From positions 1-63,646 of the forward strand of contig JBAYKW010000008.1 of NCBI GenBank assembly GCA_041664365.1: 63,646 bases of DNA, written 5' to 3'. Both the position numbers and the translations under genes were made by a program. This document shows, one piece after another, positions 18,859 through 28,745 of the stretch (position 1 is its first letter; each line of letters begins with the position of its first letter). The notes beneath the pieces were generated by a model that was not told the DNA's origin, made no database searches, and worked only from the letters and a program-made list of their open reading frames with translations. The DNA comes from Patescibacteria group bacterium. Lineage in GTDB: Bacteria > Patescibacteriota > Patescibacteriia > UM-FILTER-42-10.

Positions 18859-20294
18859 AACTGAATACCGGAGAAATAAATAAATCTGAATTTTCCATTA
18901 AGGAGTTTGTTTTACTGCTTCTGCTTACGGTTCCTATCGGGATTACGGTAAGTTTTGTCGGATTATGGACGCATCCATTATTGATACTCGGCGGAATAGT
19001 CGGCGCAGTGGTAAGTATTTTTATCTTCCGTAATCCTACCTTGGGGATTCTATTAATTGCGTTTTTGCTTCCATTTGAGCGAATTGGCGCAATCGAAGCC
19101 GGCGGTATGACAATTCGTGTAAGTCAGGTACTGACTATAATAACAATATTCGGGTGGCTATTTGACGGTTTACGCAGACAAACATTTTTATTGTACAAAA
19201 ATCCGTTAATCTTTCCTTTGACACTTTTTGTGCTGGTAAATGTCGCTTCATTGATTAATGCTGAAAACATTGAAAGATCTGTTTCTGTGCTGTTATTTAC
19301 GCTATTTACAATAGTTTTCAGTTTATTAATTCCGCAATTGGTTACCGAAAAAAAACAGTTAAAAATAGTAATTTGGCTTGTAATAATCAGTGCTTTTATC
19401 GTCGGAGTATTTGGAATATTCCAATTTTTAGGGGATATTATCGGTCTGCCTCAATCCATAACCGGTTTGCGCCATCTCTACACGAAGGAAGTGCTGGGAT
19501 TCCCGAGGATTCAATCAACAGCATTAGAGCCGTTGTATTTCGCAAATTATTTATTAATTCCTCTGGGATTATTATGCGCGCTTTTTCTCGGAAAGAATAA
19601 AAGCATTCGCAACAGTTATCTTTTCGTTTTAATTATCCTTTTAGGTTTGAATTTAGTACTTACCGTTTCTCGGGGCGGATACCTGGGTTTTGCGGTAGTA
19701 CTCGCGGTACTCGGGATTTACTATTTCAGGCGCATATTTACATCCAAGAAAATATTGATATTACTGATATCAGCATTGGCGATTGCATTCATCGCAGTTA
19801 AACTGTTGGGTTTTGGCGACGCAGTTAATTTGGAAGTTTTTAGAGGGCATGTTGTTAATGCATTTTATGGCGCTGCCTACAGTGAAAGAGTTGAGACGCT
19901 GCAAATTGCGATGCGGGGATTCTCCGACCATCCCTGGATCGGTGTGGGAGTCGGCGGTTTCGGTCCATATGCGTCCGTGCATCCTTATGTTGAACCCGGT
20001 GACGGATGGAATATTGTGAATAATGAACCGGTTGAATTGCTTTCGGAAGTAGGTATTTTAGGATTATTATCATTTACTATCATGTTCGTTGTGGTATTAA
20101 TGCGTTCAATCAAAGTGATCAAAATTGCCAAAGACGCATATCTTAAAACATTGATGATCGGGTTGCTCGCAGTTTTTGTCGGCATTTTTACACAATACCA
20201 GACTTTTTCCACATTATATATTATGCATGTGTGGTTTGTAATTGGCATGATGGTTGCTGTCCAGAATATAATTTTCAGAGAAAACAATGAGTGA
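18855..20294 (+). CDS. O-antigen ligase/Wzy_C family protein
   Basis: Multi-TM; RIQST--EP--FA, TVSRGG, HPWIGVG-G. Confidence 0.85.
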   Translation: MKLNTGEINKSEFSIKEFVLLLLLTVPIGITVSFVGLWTHPLLILGGIVGAVVSIFIFRNPTLGILLIAFLLPFERIGAIEAGGMTIRVSQVLTIITIFGWLFDGLRRQTFLLYKNPLIFPLTLFVLVNVASLINAENIERSVSVLLFTLFTIVFSLLIPQLVTEKKQLKIVIWLVIISAFIVGVFGIFQFLGDIIGLPQSITGLRHLYTKEVLGFPRIQSTALEPLYFANYLLIPLGLLCALFLGKNKSIRNSYLFVLIILLGLNLVLTVSRGGYLGFAVVLAVLGIYYFRRIFTSKKILILLISALAIAFIAVKLLGFGDAVNLEVFRGHVVNAFYGAAYSERVETLQIAMRGFSDHPWIGVGVGGFGPYASVHPYVEPGDGWNIVNNEPVELLSEVGILGLLSFTIMFVVVLMRSIKVIKIAKDAYLKTLMIGLLAVFVGIFTQYQTFSTLYIMHVWFVIGMMVAVQNIIFRENNE

Positions 20295-21600
20295 ACTACT
20301 TTTAGTTTTATTTAGTGGCGCATACATTATCATTTCTTGGTATAGAAGAGACTATGCATTACTGATGATTGCTTTGTTGTTGCCAAGTTATCTGATCCGA
20401 TTTAAAATATTTTCTATTCCTTTTACAGTATTGGAAGTAATGATTCTGATAATATTTCTGACTTGGGTTATCACATCATTATTATATAAATCTGTCGATG
20501 GTTCAAAAATACCTTTATTGAAACGTTCATCTTTTAACTGGTCGCTCCCGGTATTACTTTTTATCGGGGCTGGGATAATTGCCGTTATGATTTCGCCAGA
20601 TACCAGGCAAGCGCTTGGTTTGTGGAAAGCCTATATTTTGGAGCCCATTCTGCTTTACTTGGTATTTATTAATACAATCAAAACTAATAAGCAGATTAAG
20701 ATGATTGTTTTTGGCCTGGGGATTTCAGTTGTTTTTATTTCAGTAGTTACAATATGGCAATACATTGGCTGGATTGATATCCCGGGTGATTATGCCTTTG
20801 AGATTCCCAAAAGAGCCACTTCAGTTTTCCCTTTTCCAACAGCGGTTGGTAAATTCGTCGGCCCGTTATTGGGGCTGTTTCTGGGGCTTTTACTGGTTAA
20901 AAGCAATGAATCGAAGCAAATACAAACGGGAAACGATATGTTATGGCGAAACATTTTTTTGTGGGGGGTGGTTTTATTCAGCATCATTGCCCTGACCCTT
21001 TCTTTTTCACGAGGTGCATTGATCGGAGTGTTTAGTGCCATATTTTTCATCAGTTTTTTCTCAAAATGGAAGAAATGGATTTTTTCGGGGATGGCGGTCG
21101 TAATTTTATTAGCATTGCTTATTCCTGTAACTAGAAACAGCATTACTGATGTATTTAATACCTCCGATACATCTACAGACGTGCATTTGGTTATGTGGAA
21201 AGGCGCTGTCAGAATAATTAAGGATAATCCGATTACCGGTACGGGTCTGGCAAGCTTCCCGATTGTTTATGATGATTACAAAGAGGCTTCGCACACGGAA
21301 TATTTTCCGAACCCCGATCACTTGATTCTTTCTCTCTGGATAGAAATGGGCATTGCCGGGTTAATAATATTTTCATGGATTGTTATTCTGTTTTTCAGAT
21401 CAGGGATTAAACTTATAAAGTATGATCGAAAATGGGCAGTTGCACTTCTAGCATCGGTGGTTGTTATTTTAGTGCATGGATTGATGGACACGCCATATTT
21501 TAAAAATGATCTTTCCGCCATGTTTTGGATCCTAATCGGATTGATGGTTGTTATCTGTAATAAATATGAAATTGATGATTCTTCAGAAAAAATAAGATAG
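20287..21600 (+). CDS. O-antigen ligase/Wzy_C family protein
   Basis: RATSVFP-P, SFSRGA, NPITGTG, PDHLILSLW-E-G. Confidence 0.85.
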   Translation: MSELLLVLFSGAYIIISWYRRDYALLMIALLLPSYLIRFKIFSIPFTVLEVMILIIFLTWVITSLLYKSVDGSKIPLLKRSSFNWSLPVLLFIGAGIIAVMISPDTRQALGLWKAYILEPILLYLVFINTIKTNKQIKMIVFGLGISVVFISVVTIWQYIGWIDIPGDYAFEIPKRATSVFPFPTAVGKFVGPLLGLFLGLLLVKSNESKQIQTGNDMLWRNIFLWGVVLFSIIALTLSFSRGALIGVFSAIFFISFFSKWKKWIFSGMAVVILLALLIPVTRNSITDVFNTSDTSTDVHLVMWKGAVRIIKDNPITGTGLASFPIVYDDYKEASHTEYFPNPDHLILSLWIEMGIAGLIIFSWIVILFFRSGIKLIKYDRKWAVALLASVVVILVHGLMDTPYFKNDLSAMFWILIGLMVVICNKYEIDDSSEKIR

Positions 21601-21751
21601 GTATCAAAAAATAAAAACAGTAGTTGATATTGCCCGAAAAGCAATTTTTTTTATTAGTATTGTTTTTTGCGGAAGGGGTGGACAAAAATCCGATTATGCG
21701 CTATAATATAAATGTTAAGTTAAACAAAAAACAAAAACAAAACTTGCCATT

Positions 21752-23944
21752 ATGAGAGGTCCTAGTATAACCAGGTATTTTATTATCGGAGCGATTGCTA
21801 TATTAGCAGTTGTTTTTTTATCTCCGCAGGTACAAGCCACGGTAAAACAGGACGTTCAAAAAGGCGAGATTTCTTTTTCGAATATTGAGGACGGTAAAAC
21901 TTCTGGGATTATTGAATCGGAATTTCCATTTCAAATGATTGGACTGGCATGGCGCGGGAGTGCACAGACAAATGTTGAATTGCGTTATAACAATTCAGAC
22001 GGATGGAGTGAGTGGTATCCGATTGATGAACAGGAAGAAATAAATGGTTGGTTTTATTCCAGAGAACCGATTATATCCAACGGTGCTACAAAATTTCAGT
22101 ATTCAGTTATTTCCGGGCAGATTGATGAATTGAAATTGATTTATCTTGGGACATCGGAAAAGATTAGTTTTAATAAATGGAACCCGATCAACTTATTTCA
22201 TCAGGCTTCTGCAGAGGAAAATGTGGATATTGTAACACGACCTGAATGGGAAGCTGATGAAAGTCTGCGTTATGACGGGGCAAACATTGAAATTTGGCCG
22301 ACGCAATACCAGGCCCCCCAGAAATTTGTAGTTCATCATACTGCCGGTGGTGACGGTGGCAATGACCCCGAGGGCACAATCAGGGGAATATATTATTGGC
22401 ATTCCACGGTATTGGGCTGGGGTGATATTGGTTATAATTATTTGATCGATCAGAACGGGATAGTGTATGAAGGAAGATACGGCGGAGATGGCGCTATCGG
22501 GGCGCACGCATATCGTAATCGAACCTGTGCCATTTCGCGTTTTGGTGGTGAACAATTTGAAGCAAACTTTAATGCTGGCACGGTTGGGATCGCCGTATTG
22601 GGAGATTATGAAAGTATGGCGCTTAACAGTGCGGTGAGAAATGCTTTGACCAGTTTGATGGCAAATAAAGCTCGGGATCTTTCCATAGAACCAAATGGTG
22701 CAAGTTTTTTGATTGATAATACCTATCCCAATATTGTCGGTCATAAGGATTTGGATTGTACGCTGTGTCCGGGGGTTAATCTTTACCAGGAATTAAGCGG
22801 TATCCGGTCGGAAACCCAGATTTTGTATGATACGTTGAGTGGATCTGAAGGGCCAATTGTTAAAGCTGAGTTTATTAAACAAAGCGGAAAAACAGTTTCT
22901 GTAAGTGCCGGGCTGGAAAAAGAAGTGTGGGTTGAATTTAAGAATACCGGAAACGTAATATGGCAAACAGGTGGTCAATATTCGCCGTATATCATACCAA
23001 GCAGCAGTATCTCAAGCTTGCAGGCGAGCAATTGGGAGTCACAATTGCACATTACTTCTGCTGATAATTCCAGTATTGCACCGGGAGAAACCGGAAGATT
23101 CACTTTTTCCGTCAAAGGGCCTCTTGATCAGTTGGAGCTGGCGGAAAGTTTTAAGCTGGTGATCAATGATAATCCGGTCAGTGGCACAGATTTTGTATTA
23201 AAAATTAAAGTGACCGGCTTGCCTTATGCGGCAAAGTTAGCATCAAACACAATTAAGCCGGCCATGTTTGCAGGTAGTCAGCAAACTGTAATATTTAAAT
23301 TTAGAAATCAGGGGACCAGCAGTTGGGAAAGAGGTAACGTGTATTTAAATATTTATGATCTTGGCGATAAGGTCAGTCGGCTTGCTTCAAAAAACTGGCC
23401 GGATCAATTTGGGAATATCAATTTCAGTGAGGCAGTTGTTAATTCAGGAGAAACCGCAACATTTACATTTGATATTAAGGCGCCGCTGGAACTGGGTTTG
23501 TTTAAGAATATTTACCGTATCATCGGTCCGGAAAATGTTATCCAGAATAATACGTTCTCAAAGACTCGGATTGATTCGCAGTTTTCTGCCGAATTAGTAT
23601 CGCACACCATTCCCTCCGCTTTGCTCAACTATTGGCGATTGCCAGTAGTAGTGAAATTTAAAAATACCGGCTTGAGCACATGGAATAAAACCATGGTTCT
23701 GCAAATGTTTGATTTGGGCGGAAAAAGCAGTGTTTTTTATGATTCTACCTGGGGTAACAGTTATGGAAATTTTGTTTTCAAAGAAAACGAAGTCAAACCC
23801 GGCAAAGTAGGGACATTTAATTTTTACGTAAAATCCCCTAAGAAGACCGGTATATACTTAAACACAATGAAATTAGGTATTATTGGCAGGGAAATAGTTG
23901 TCCAAGGAGGGGAGACTATGCAGAAAATAAGAATAGATAAATAG
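21752..23944 (+). CDS. PGRP-like N-acetylmuramoyl-L-alanine amidase (Amidase_2) with three NBR1-like Ig domains
   Basis: VVHHTA, WGDIGYNYLID, GAHA, GHKD---T-CPG Zn ligands; three F-N-G--TW repeats. Confidence 0.9.
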   Translation: MRGPSITRYFIIGAIAILAVVFLSPQVQATVKQDVQKGEISFSNIEDGKTSGIIESEFPFQMIGLAWRGSAQTNVELRYNNSDGWSEWYPIDEQEEINGWFYSREPIISNGATKFQYSVISGQIDELKLIYLGTSEKISFNKWNPINLFHQASAEENVDIVTRPEWEADESLRYDGANIEIWPTQYQAPQKFVVHHTAGGDGGNDPEGTIRGIYYWHSTVLGWGDIGYNYLIDQNGIVYEGRYGGDGAIGAHAYRNRTCAISRFGGEQFEANFNAGTVGIAVLGDYESMALNSAVRNALTSLMANKARDLSIEPNGASFLIDNTYPNIVGHKDLDCTLCPGVNLYQELSGIRSETQILYDTLSGSEGPIVKAEFIKQSGKTVSVSAGLEKEVWVEFKNTGNVIWQTGGQYSPYIIPSSSISSLQASNWESQLHITSADNSSIAPGETGRFTFSVKGPLDQLELAESFKLVINDNPVSGTDFVLKIKVTGLPYAAKLASNTIKPAMFAGSQQTVIFKFRNQGTSSWERGNVYLNIYDLGDKVSRLASKNWPDQFGNINFSEAVVNSGETATFTFDIKAPLELGLFKNIYRIIGPENVIQNNTFSKTRIDSQFSAELVSHTIPSALLNYWRLPVVVKFKNTGLSTWNKTMVLQMFDLGGKSSVFYDSTWGNSYGNFVFKENEVKPGKVGTFNFYVKSPKKTGIYLNTMKLGIIGREIVVQGGETMQKIRIDK

Positions 23945-23958
23945 ATATTTCCATAATA

Positions 23959-23990
23959 AAAAGTTCCCTGTAAACCAGGGAACTTTTTTC
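23959..23990. terminator. Bidirectional terminator
   Basis: AAAAGTTCCCTG-taaac-CAGGGAACTTTT between convergent genes. Confidence 0.75.
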
Positions 23991-24006
23991 GTTCATCAAA
24001 GAAAAT

Positions 24007-24120
24007 TTATTTCTTCTTTTTCTTTGCAACTTTTTTCTTTGCCACCTTTTTCTTAGCTGGCTTTCTCTTTGCTACTTTCTTTTTAGCAACTTTTTTCTTT
24101 GCAACTTTCTTTTTTGCCAT
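24007..24120 (-). CDS. 37-aa Lys/Ala-rich histone H1-like protein
   Basis: Hand translation [37 protein letters not shown]; GAGGAGGTG SD. Confidence 0.85.
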   Translation of the reverse strand: MAKKKVAKKKVAKKKVAKRKPAKKKVAKKKVAKKKKK

Positions 24121-24411
24121 TATATCACCTCCTCTCATGGAAAATATAAAATCAAAAAGAATAAACTCACATAATAATTGTAAACTATATTAAAAAAATG
24201 CGCAATAGTTATGTAAATACTATTTGTTAATAACTATTTTCATATTTTATTAAGAAATATTTATTAATATTTTAATAGTATTCAAAATAAAGAAAATATT
24301 ATTTAATTTGATCTTCCTTATCAAAAAACACCATTTTACATAGGCGTTTTATTTGATGATTAGCAGATGTGGAATAGTGTGTCGCATCAGTGCATTTTCG
24401 ATAAAATGCCC

Positions 24412-24488
24412 TGGTGGACCCGAGCGGATTCGAACCGCTGACCTCCTCGTTGCAAACGAGGCATTCTAACCAGCTGAACTACGGGCCC
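24412..24488 (-). tRNA. tRNA-Ala(TGC)
   Basis: Cloverleaf; G3:U70 pair; loop TTTGCAA; CCA. Confidence 0.96.
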
Positions 24489-24499
24489 CCGATTGTGCT

Positions 24500-24742
24500 T
24501 TATATTGCTGTCATCGAAAAGATAGATTTAAAGATATTACCCAAGATACCGGACATAAGCAGAAAACTCACTATTATGCATAATATCCCGAGTAGCTTGT
24601 AGAAGAGATTCGTGCCTCCATCTAAGCCCAAATGTGCTTCCGCCCATTCAATCCTCCCAAAAAACCTTAAAAACCACACTGATTTTATAACCATTAATGA
24701 CCCTACCGCAATGCCTATAATCCCGATAAAGAATTTTCCCAT
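24500..24742 (-). CDS. Small two-TM hypothetical protein
   Basis: FGRIEWAE..LG..GG..FYKLLG; lies between two tRNAs. Confidence 0.7.
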   Translation of the reverse strand: MGKFFIGIIGIAVGSLMVIKSVWFLRFFGRIEWAEAHLGLDGGTNLFYKLLGILCIIVSFLLMSGILGNIFKSIFSMTAI

Positions 24743-24755
24743 AGTGTTTTGTTAA

Positions 24756-24832
24756 TGGTGGGTTCGAGAGGATTCGAACCTCTGACCTCTTCGGTGTAAA
24801 CGAAGCGCTCTAACCAGCTGAGCTACGAACCC
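24756..24832 (-). tRNA. tRNA-Val(TAC)
   Basis: Cloverleaf; loop TTTACAC; CCA. Confidence 0.96.
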
Positions 24833-24840
24833 GTGAATGG

Positions 24841-24927
24841 TGGTGCTCGGAGCGGGAGTTGAACCCGCACGCACGATAAGTGCCTAGGCCCTCAACCTAG
24901 TGTGTATACCAATTCCACCACCCGAGC
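24841..24927 (-). tRNA. tRNA-Leu(GAG)
   Basis: Long variable arm; loop TTGAGGG; CCA. Confidence 0.95.
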
Positions 24928-25281
24928 TTATTTTTCTTTTAGTTCTTTTAGTTTGCGTGGCGCTGTTCTTAAAAAATAGAGCTTGGAACGGCGTGTTCTC
25001 GGTTTTTTTATGACTTCGATTTTAAGAACATTCGGGGATTCTAGCGGGAAAATTCTCTCAACACCATAACCGCCGTCTGAGACTTTTCTGACCGTTATTG
25101 TTTTGTCAGATTTTGTTTTCCCTTGTTTGGCAATCACAACCCCTTCAAAAATTTGAGTACGAGTTTTATCGCCCTGGGTAATTCTCTGGTGTACCCGAAC
25201 AACATTACCGGAGTCTATATGAGGGACTTCTCTTTTCTCTGATTTTTTCTCATTACCATCTTTTGATTCTTCTTTTGTCAT
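24928..25281 (-). CDS. rplS: 50S ribosomal protein L19
   Basis: GNVVRVH, RTQIFEGVVIA, TVRKVS, GVERIFP, RRSKLYFLR. Confidence 0.96.
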   Translation of the reverse strand: MTKEESKDGNEKKSEKREVPHIDSGNVVRVHQRITQGDKTRTQIFEGVVIAKQGKTKSDKTITVRKVSDGGYGVERIFPLESPNVLKIEVIKKPRTRRSKLYFLRTAPRKLKELKEK

Positions 25282-25339
25282 AGCGAAAATTCTGAATAAT
25301 TAATATATGTAACGAATAGCAGTATAACATTATTCCCTA

Positions 25340-26260
25340 TTAAGTCAACTGTTTAAGAAACTGATCCAATTCCTCTGGAATATTTGCATTAAACTTCAAT
25401 AAATTACCGTTTAGGTCAGCAAATTGAATGTGATACGCATGCAGGAAAATACGATTCATTCCCGTTTTTTTGGCCATTCTTTTCAAATAATATGTACTGT
25501 CGCCAACAATCGGATTGCCTTTGGAAAGAAGATGTACACGAATCTGGTGAGTACGGCCGGTTTTAATTTCTATTTCAAGTAAAGTATAATCTTTGAAATT
25601 TTTAGTAGTTTTATAATGTGTTTCCGCTTCCTTACCATCACCGATTCTTTTGACTGACATGCGGTTTGGCTGGCTTTTTGACCTTCCAATCGGCGTATTG
25701 ATTGTCCCGTTATCAGGAATAATTCTTCCATAAACAAGCGCGATGTACTTTTTTTTGACCGATCTTTCCTTGAATTGTATTTTTAGATGATCGAACGCTC
25801 TTTGATTTTTAGCGATGACCATTATCCCAGAAACATCCTTATCCAGCCGGTGGACAATCCCCGGTCTTTTCGGATCATCACCGACAGAAATAATATCGGG
25901 GTAATATGCGATCAGTCCGTTGACTAAAGTATGTGCCGGAGTACTTTCAGAAGGATGTACGACAATTCCTGACTGCTTATTAATAGTTATAAAGTCATTA
26001 TCTTCATAAATAATATTTATTGGAATATTTTTTTCCGGTTTGATTGAAATATTTTCAAGTGTAGGCAGATTTAATTGTATGTCATCGCCTGATTTGATTT
26101 TTATACCAGCATTAACCTTTTTACTGTTTAGGGTTATATTTCCATTTTGAATTTGAGTTTTTAGAAATGAACGGGAATATTCCGGGAATTGAACAACCAA
26201 AAACACATCCAAACGCTGGTTCTGTTCATTTGAGGCGACAATTATTTTTTTCAGTTCCAT
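25340..26260 (-). CDS. RluA/RluD-family pseudouridine synthase with S4 domain
   Basis: RLDVFL, GIVHRLDKDVSG, TGRTHQIRVH, IVGD--Y, FLHA. Start set at MELKK. Confidence 0.93.
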   Translation of the reverse strand: MELKKIIVASNEQNQRLDVFLVVQFPEYSRSFLKTQIQNGNITLNSKKVNAGIKIKSGDDIQLNLPTLENISIKPEKNIPINIIYEDNDFITINKQSGIVVHPSESTPAHTLVNGLIAYYPDIISVGDDPKRPGIVHRLDKDVSGIMVIAKNQRAFDHLKIQFKERSVKKKYIALVYGRIIPDNGTINTPIGRSKSQPNRMSVKRIGDGKEAETHYKTTKNFKDYTLLEIEIKTGRTHQIRVHLLSKGNPIVGDSTYYLKRMAKKTGMNRIFLHAYHIQFADLNGNLLKFNANIPEELDQFLKQLT

Positions 26261-26357
26261 GTTTACAGTGTAATTCATTTTATGCAAAAATGAAACATAC
26301 CCATTCTTGACAACATGGAACATTGAACCTACTGTAATAGTATATAGGTTAACGTTT

Positions 26358-26792
26358 ATGACTATGATAATAAAAGAAATATCACAAGTAACCCCGGCAC
26401 TGATTGAAGCATTTCAAAAACTGATAACCCAGCTGTCTTCATCTGCCTCCGCTCCTAGCAGACAGGATCTGGAAGAGATAGTAACTAATCCTGGCGCAAT
26501 ATTATTTGTCGCCGAAGAAGGTGAAAAGATTTTGGGAAGCCTGACTTTAATATTTTTTCGGATTCCTGTAGGTATGCGCGGTCGAATTGAAGATGTAGTA
26601 GTGGATGAAACAGCAAGGGGGAAGGGAATTGGCAGTGCTTTAATTCTGTCGGCTATTGAAAAAGCAAAAACAATGAATGTCCAAGTAATTGATCTTACTT
26701 CAAAACCCGATCGAGAAGCGGCAAACCGTCTGTATCAGAATCTGGGTTTTGTAAAAAAAGATACCAATGTATATCGGTATAAATTTGATTAA
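26358..26792 (+). CDS. GNAT acetyltransferase
   Basis: IEDVVVD--ARGKGIG, LTS-P-R-AANRLY--LGF. Confidence 0.9.
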   Translation: MTMIIKEISQVTPALIEAFQKLITQLSSSASAPSRQDLEEIVTNPGAILFVAEEGEKILGSLTLIFFRIPVGMRGRIEDVVVDETARGKGIGSALILSAIEKAKTMNVQVIDLTSKPDREAANRLYQNLGFVKKDTNVYRYKFD

Positions 26793-26836
26793 AGACTAAT
26801 CGGTAGAAAGTTTGAATTATATAAAATAACCCGGCC

Positions 26837-28450
26837 TTAGTTACTAGGGTTGAATTCGTATATCCTGATATAAGGCCCCATGTATAATTGAGATGTAAAA
26901 TTATTGATAATGGAAATATCGTTTCTATTAATCAGCTCTTCTGTTGAATAACTATTATTGGGGTTAATCTCAAATAATAATTTACTGTTGGAAATGAGAT
27001 TATTATAGTTCTCAATCGCGCTTTGGGATTTATCCTCCCCTTTTATTTCTGCTCTTTTCAGTATCACACCGTAAACTGATTCAGAAATGGCAAAATAAAA
27101 CGGTTTGTTTTCAGAGTAGTCCGCAACGATATTATCCCACCCCAAATTCGGCACATTAATTATCCGGTAGTCGTTTTTTGACAGTTCTGGTGTATACGGT
27201 TCCCTAATTATTGTGCTTTGTGTCGGTATATTTTCCTGCATCCATGTTTTTGCCTGTTCTATCGTATAAGCATGTGAATAACCATATACGGTTCTTGTTA
27301 GGCGCAATCCGGGTCCGATGAGAAGAATAATTATGATCACGGACAGTAAGAGCTTGCTTTTCAGTGTATTAAATAGATAATCGATTGCTACGGCGCTGGG
27401 AATGAAAAGCAGTGTCAAAGCCGGTATCAACCATCTTTCCCAGTGGAGATTCAAAAAAGAAAGTGCCAGAATGTAAATAATTGCAGTCATGGCAATCATC
27501 AGCATTTTTATCGTCCGATCATCCAGCCTTTTTCGGTATATTCGATAGAAAAGTACGAATACAGTAATAATGGCAAGTAGATAAAGAAACGTTCCCATTT
27601 CCCAATTCAGTGTATTAAACAGATACCACCAGAGATTTCCTCCAAATCCTAGACCGCCTTGAATACCATGTGATGTGGCATTTTCCAGTCCTACTTGCTT
27701 CAGCGCATTTTTAAATGAAATAAACAGAAAAGGTCCGGTTAAGAATAATGTCAGAACCGTGGTAATCCCGAATGAAAACCATTTTTTAAAGATAAAATCT
27801 TTTTTTATAATTAACCAGACGATACACGCTATTATAACGGGTAGGAAAAAAAGAGCGGGATATTTTGTGGTAATGGCGGCTGCAAAAGAAACACCGGACA
27901 AAATGTACCAAATCGTTTTTTGGGGATGGTCAATAATCTTAAATAAAAATACCAACAAAAGTAAAAGAAAAAAAGTCTGGGGTATATCCGGTCGGATGAT
28001 ATGAGAGTGATCAATCAGATAGAAAGAAGATGCAACAAGAAATGCGCTGATCAATGCTGTTCTTTTATTCCAGAATTTTACTAAAAAATATACCGCAACA
28101 ATGCTTAATGATCCGAGGACGGCAAAAAGTGATCTGGCACAGGCATAGAAAAGATTAAAATTTTCCTGATAATTTACTACTGCAGGAAGGTCTGTACCGC
28201 GTATGGTATTTAGAATAAAACTGATTATGCGGAATCCGATTCCCATTGCGTAGATTATCGTCTGGCCGGGGGCACCATACCATCCGGGGTTCAGATTGCC
28301 GTTAGCAATTCGCAGTGCAGGATCCACAAAGAATTCTTCATCGGGGAGATACAGTCCCGGCAGTTGGTAATCTATATGAAAAAATCTGAAAAATGAACCG
28401 AACAAGACAATTATTATCAAAACAATAATAGCCCTGTAGTTCTTTTTCAT
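26837..28450 (-). CDS. GT-C (ArnT/PMT, GT39-like) membrane glycosyltransferase
   Basis: PDE, multi-TM, RPD, TKYP. Confidence 0.8.
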   Translation of the reverse strand: MKKNYRAIIVLIIIVLFGSFFRFFHIDYQLPGLYLPDEEFFVDPALRIANGNLNPGWYGAPGQTIIYAMGIGFRIISFILNTIRGTDLPAVVNYQENFNLFYACARSLFAVLGSLSIVAVYFLVKFWNKRTALISAFLVASSFYLIDHSHIIRPDIPQTFFLLLLLVFLFKIIDHPQKTIWYILSGVSFAAAITTKYPALFFLPVIIACIVWLIIKKDFIFKKWFSFGITTVLTLFLTGPFLFISFKNALKQVGLENATSHGIQGGLGFGGNLWWYLFNTLNWEMGTFLYLLAIITVFVLFYRIYRKRLDDRTIKMLMIAMTAIIYILALSFLNLHWERWLIPALTLLFIPSAVAIDYLFNTLKSKLLLSVIIIILLIGPGLRLTRTVYGYSHAYTIEQAKTWMQENIPTQSTIIREPYTPELSKNDYRIINVPNLGWDNIVADYSENKPFYFAISESVYGVILKRAEIKGEDKSQSAIENYNNLISNSKLLFEINPNNSYSTEELINRNDISIINNFTSQLYMGPYIRIYEFNPSN

Positions 28451-28580
28451 TTCACTTCAGATTCAATGTATAGAATCAGATATAATTTAGACCAAGGTAT
28501 TAAAAGCGGATGGTGGTGTTAAGCGTGTACTCAGATAAAATATTTTGTAAGAAAAATTTCAGAATTATGGAATATACTAC

Positions 28581-28656
28581 TGGTGGGAGCAGAGGGATTT
28601 GAACCCCCGACCGTTTGCTTAAGAGGCAACTGCTCTACCAACTGAGCTATGCTCCC
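28581..28656 (-). tRNA. tRNA-Lys(CTT)
   Basis: Cloverleaf; loop CTCTTAA; CCA. Confidence 0.96.
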
Positions 28657-28745
28657 ATGATATACTATTGTAGCATATTTAATTCACTTTTGCCTTGCAG
28701 GCAGATAGATATAATTCCGGCATTGCCTTTGTGATTCTCTTGTTC

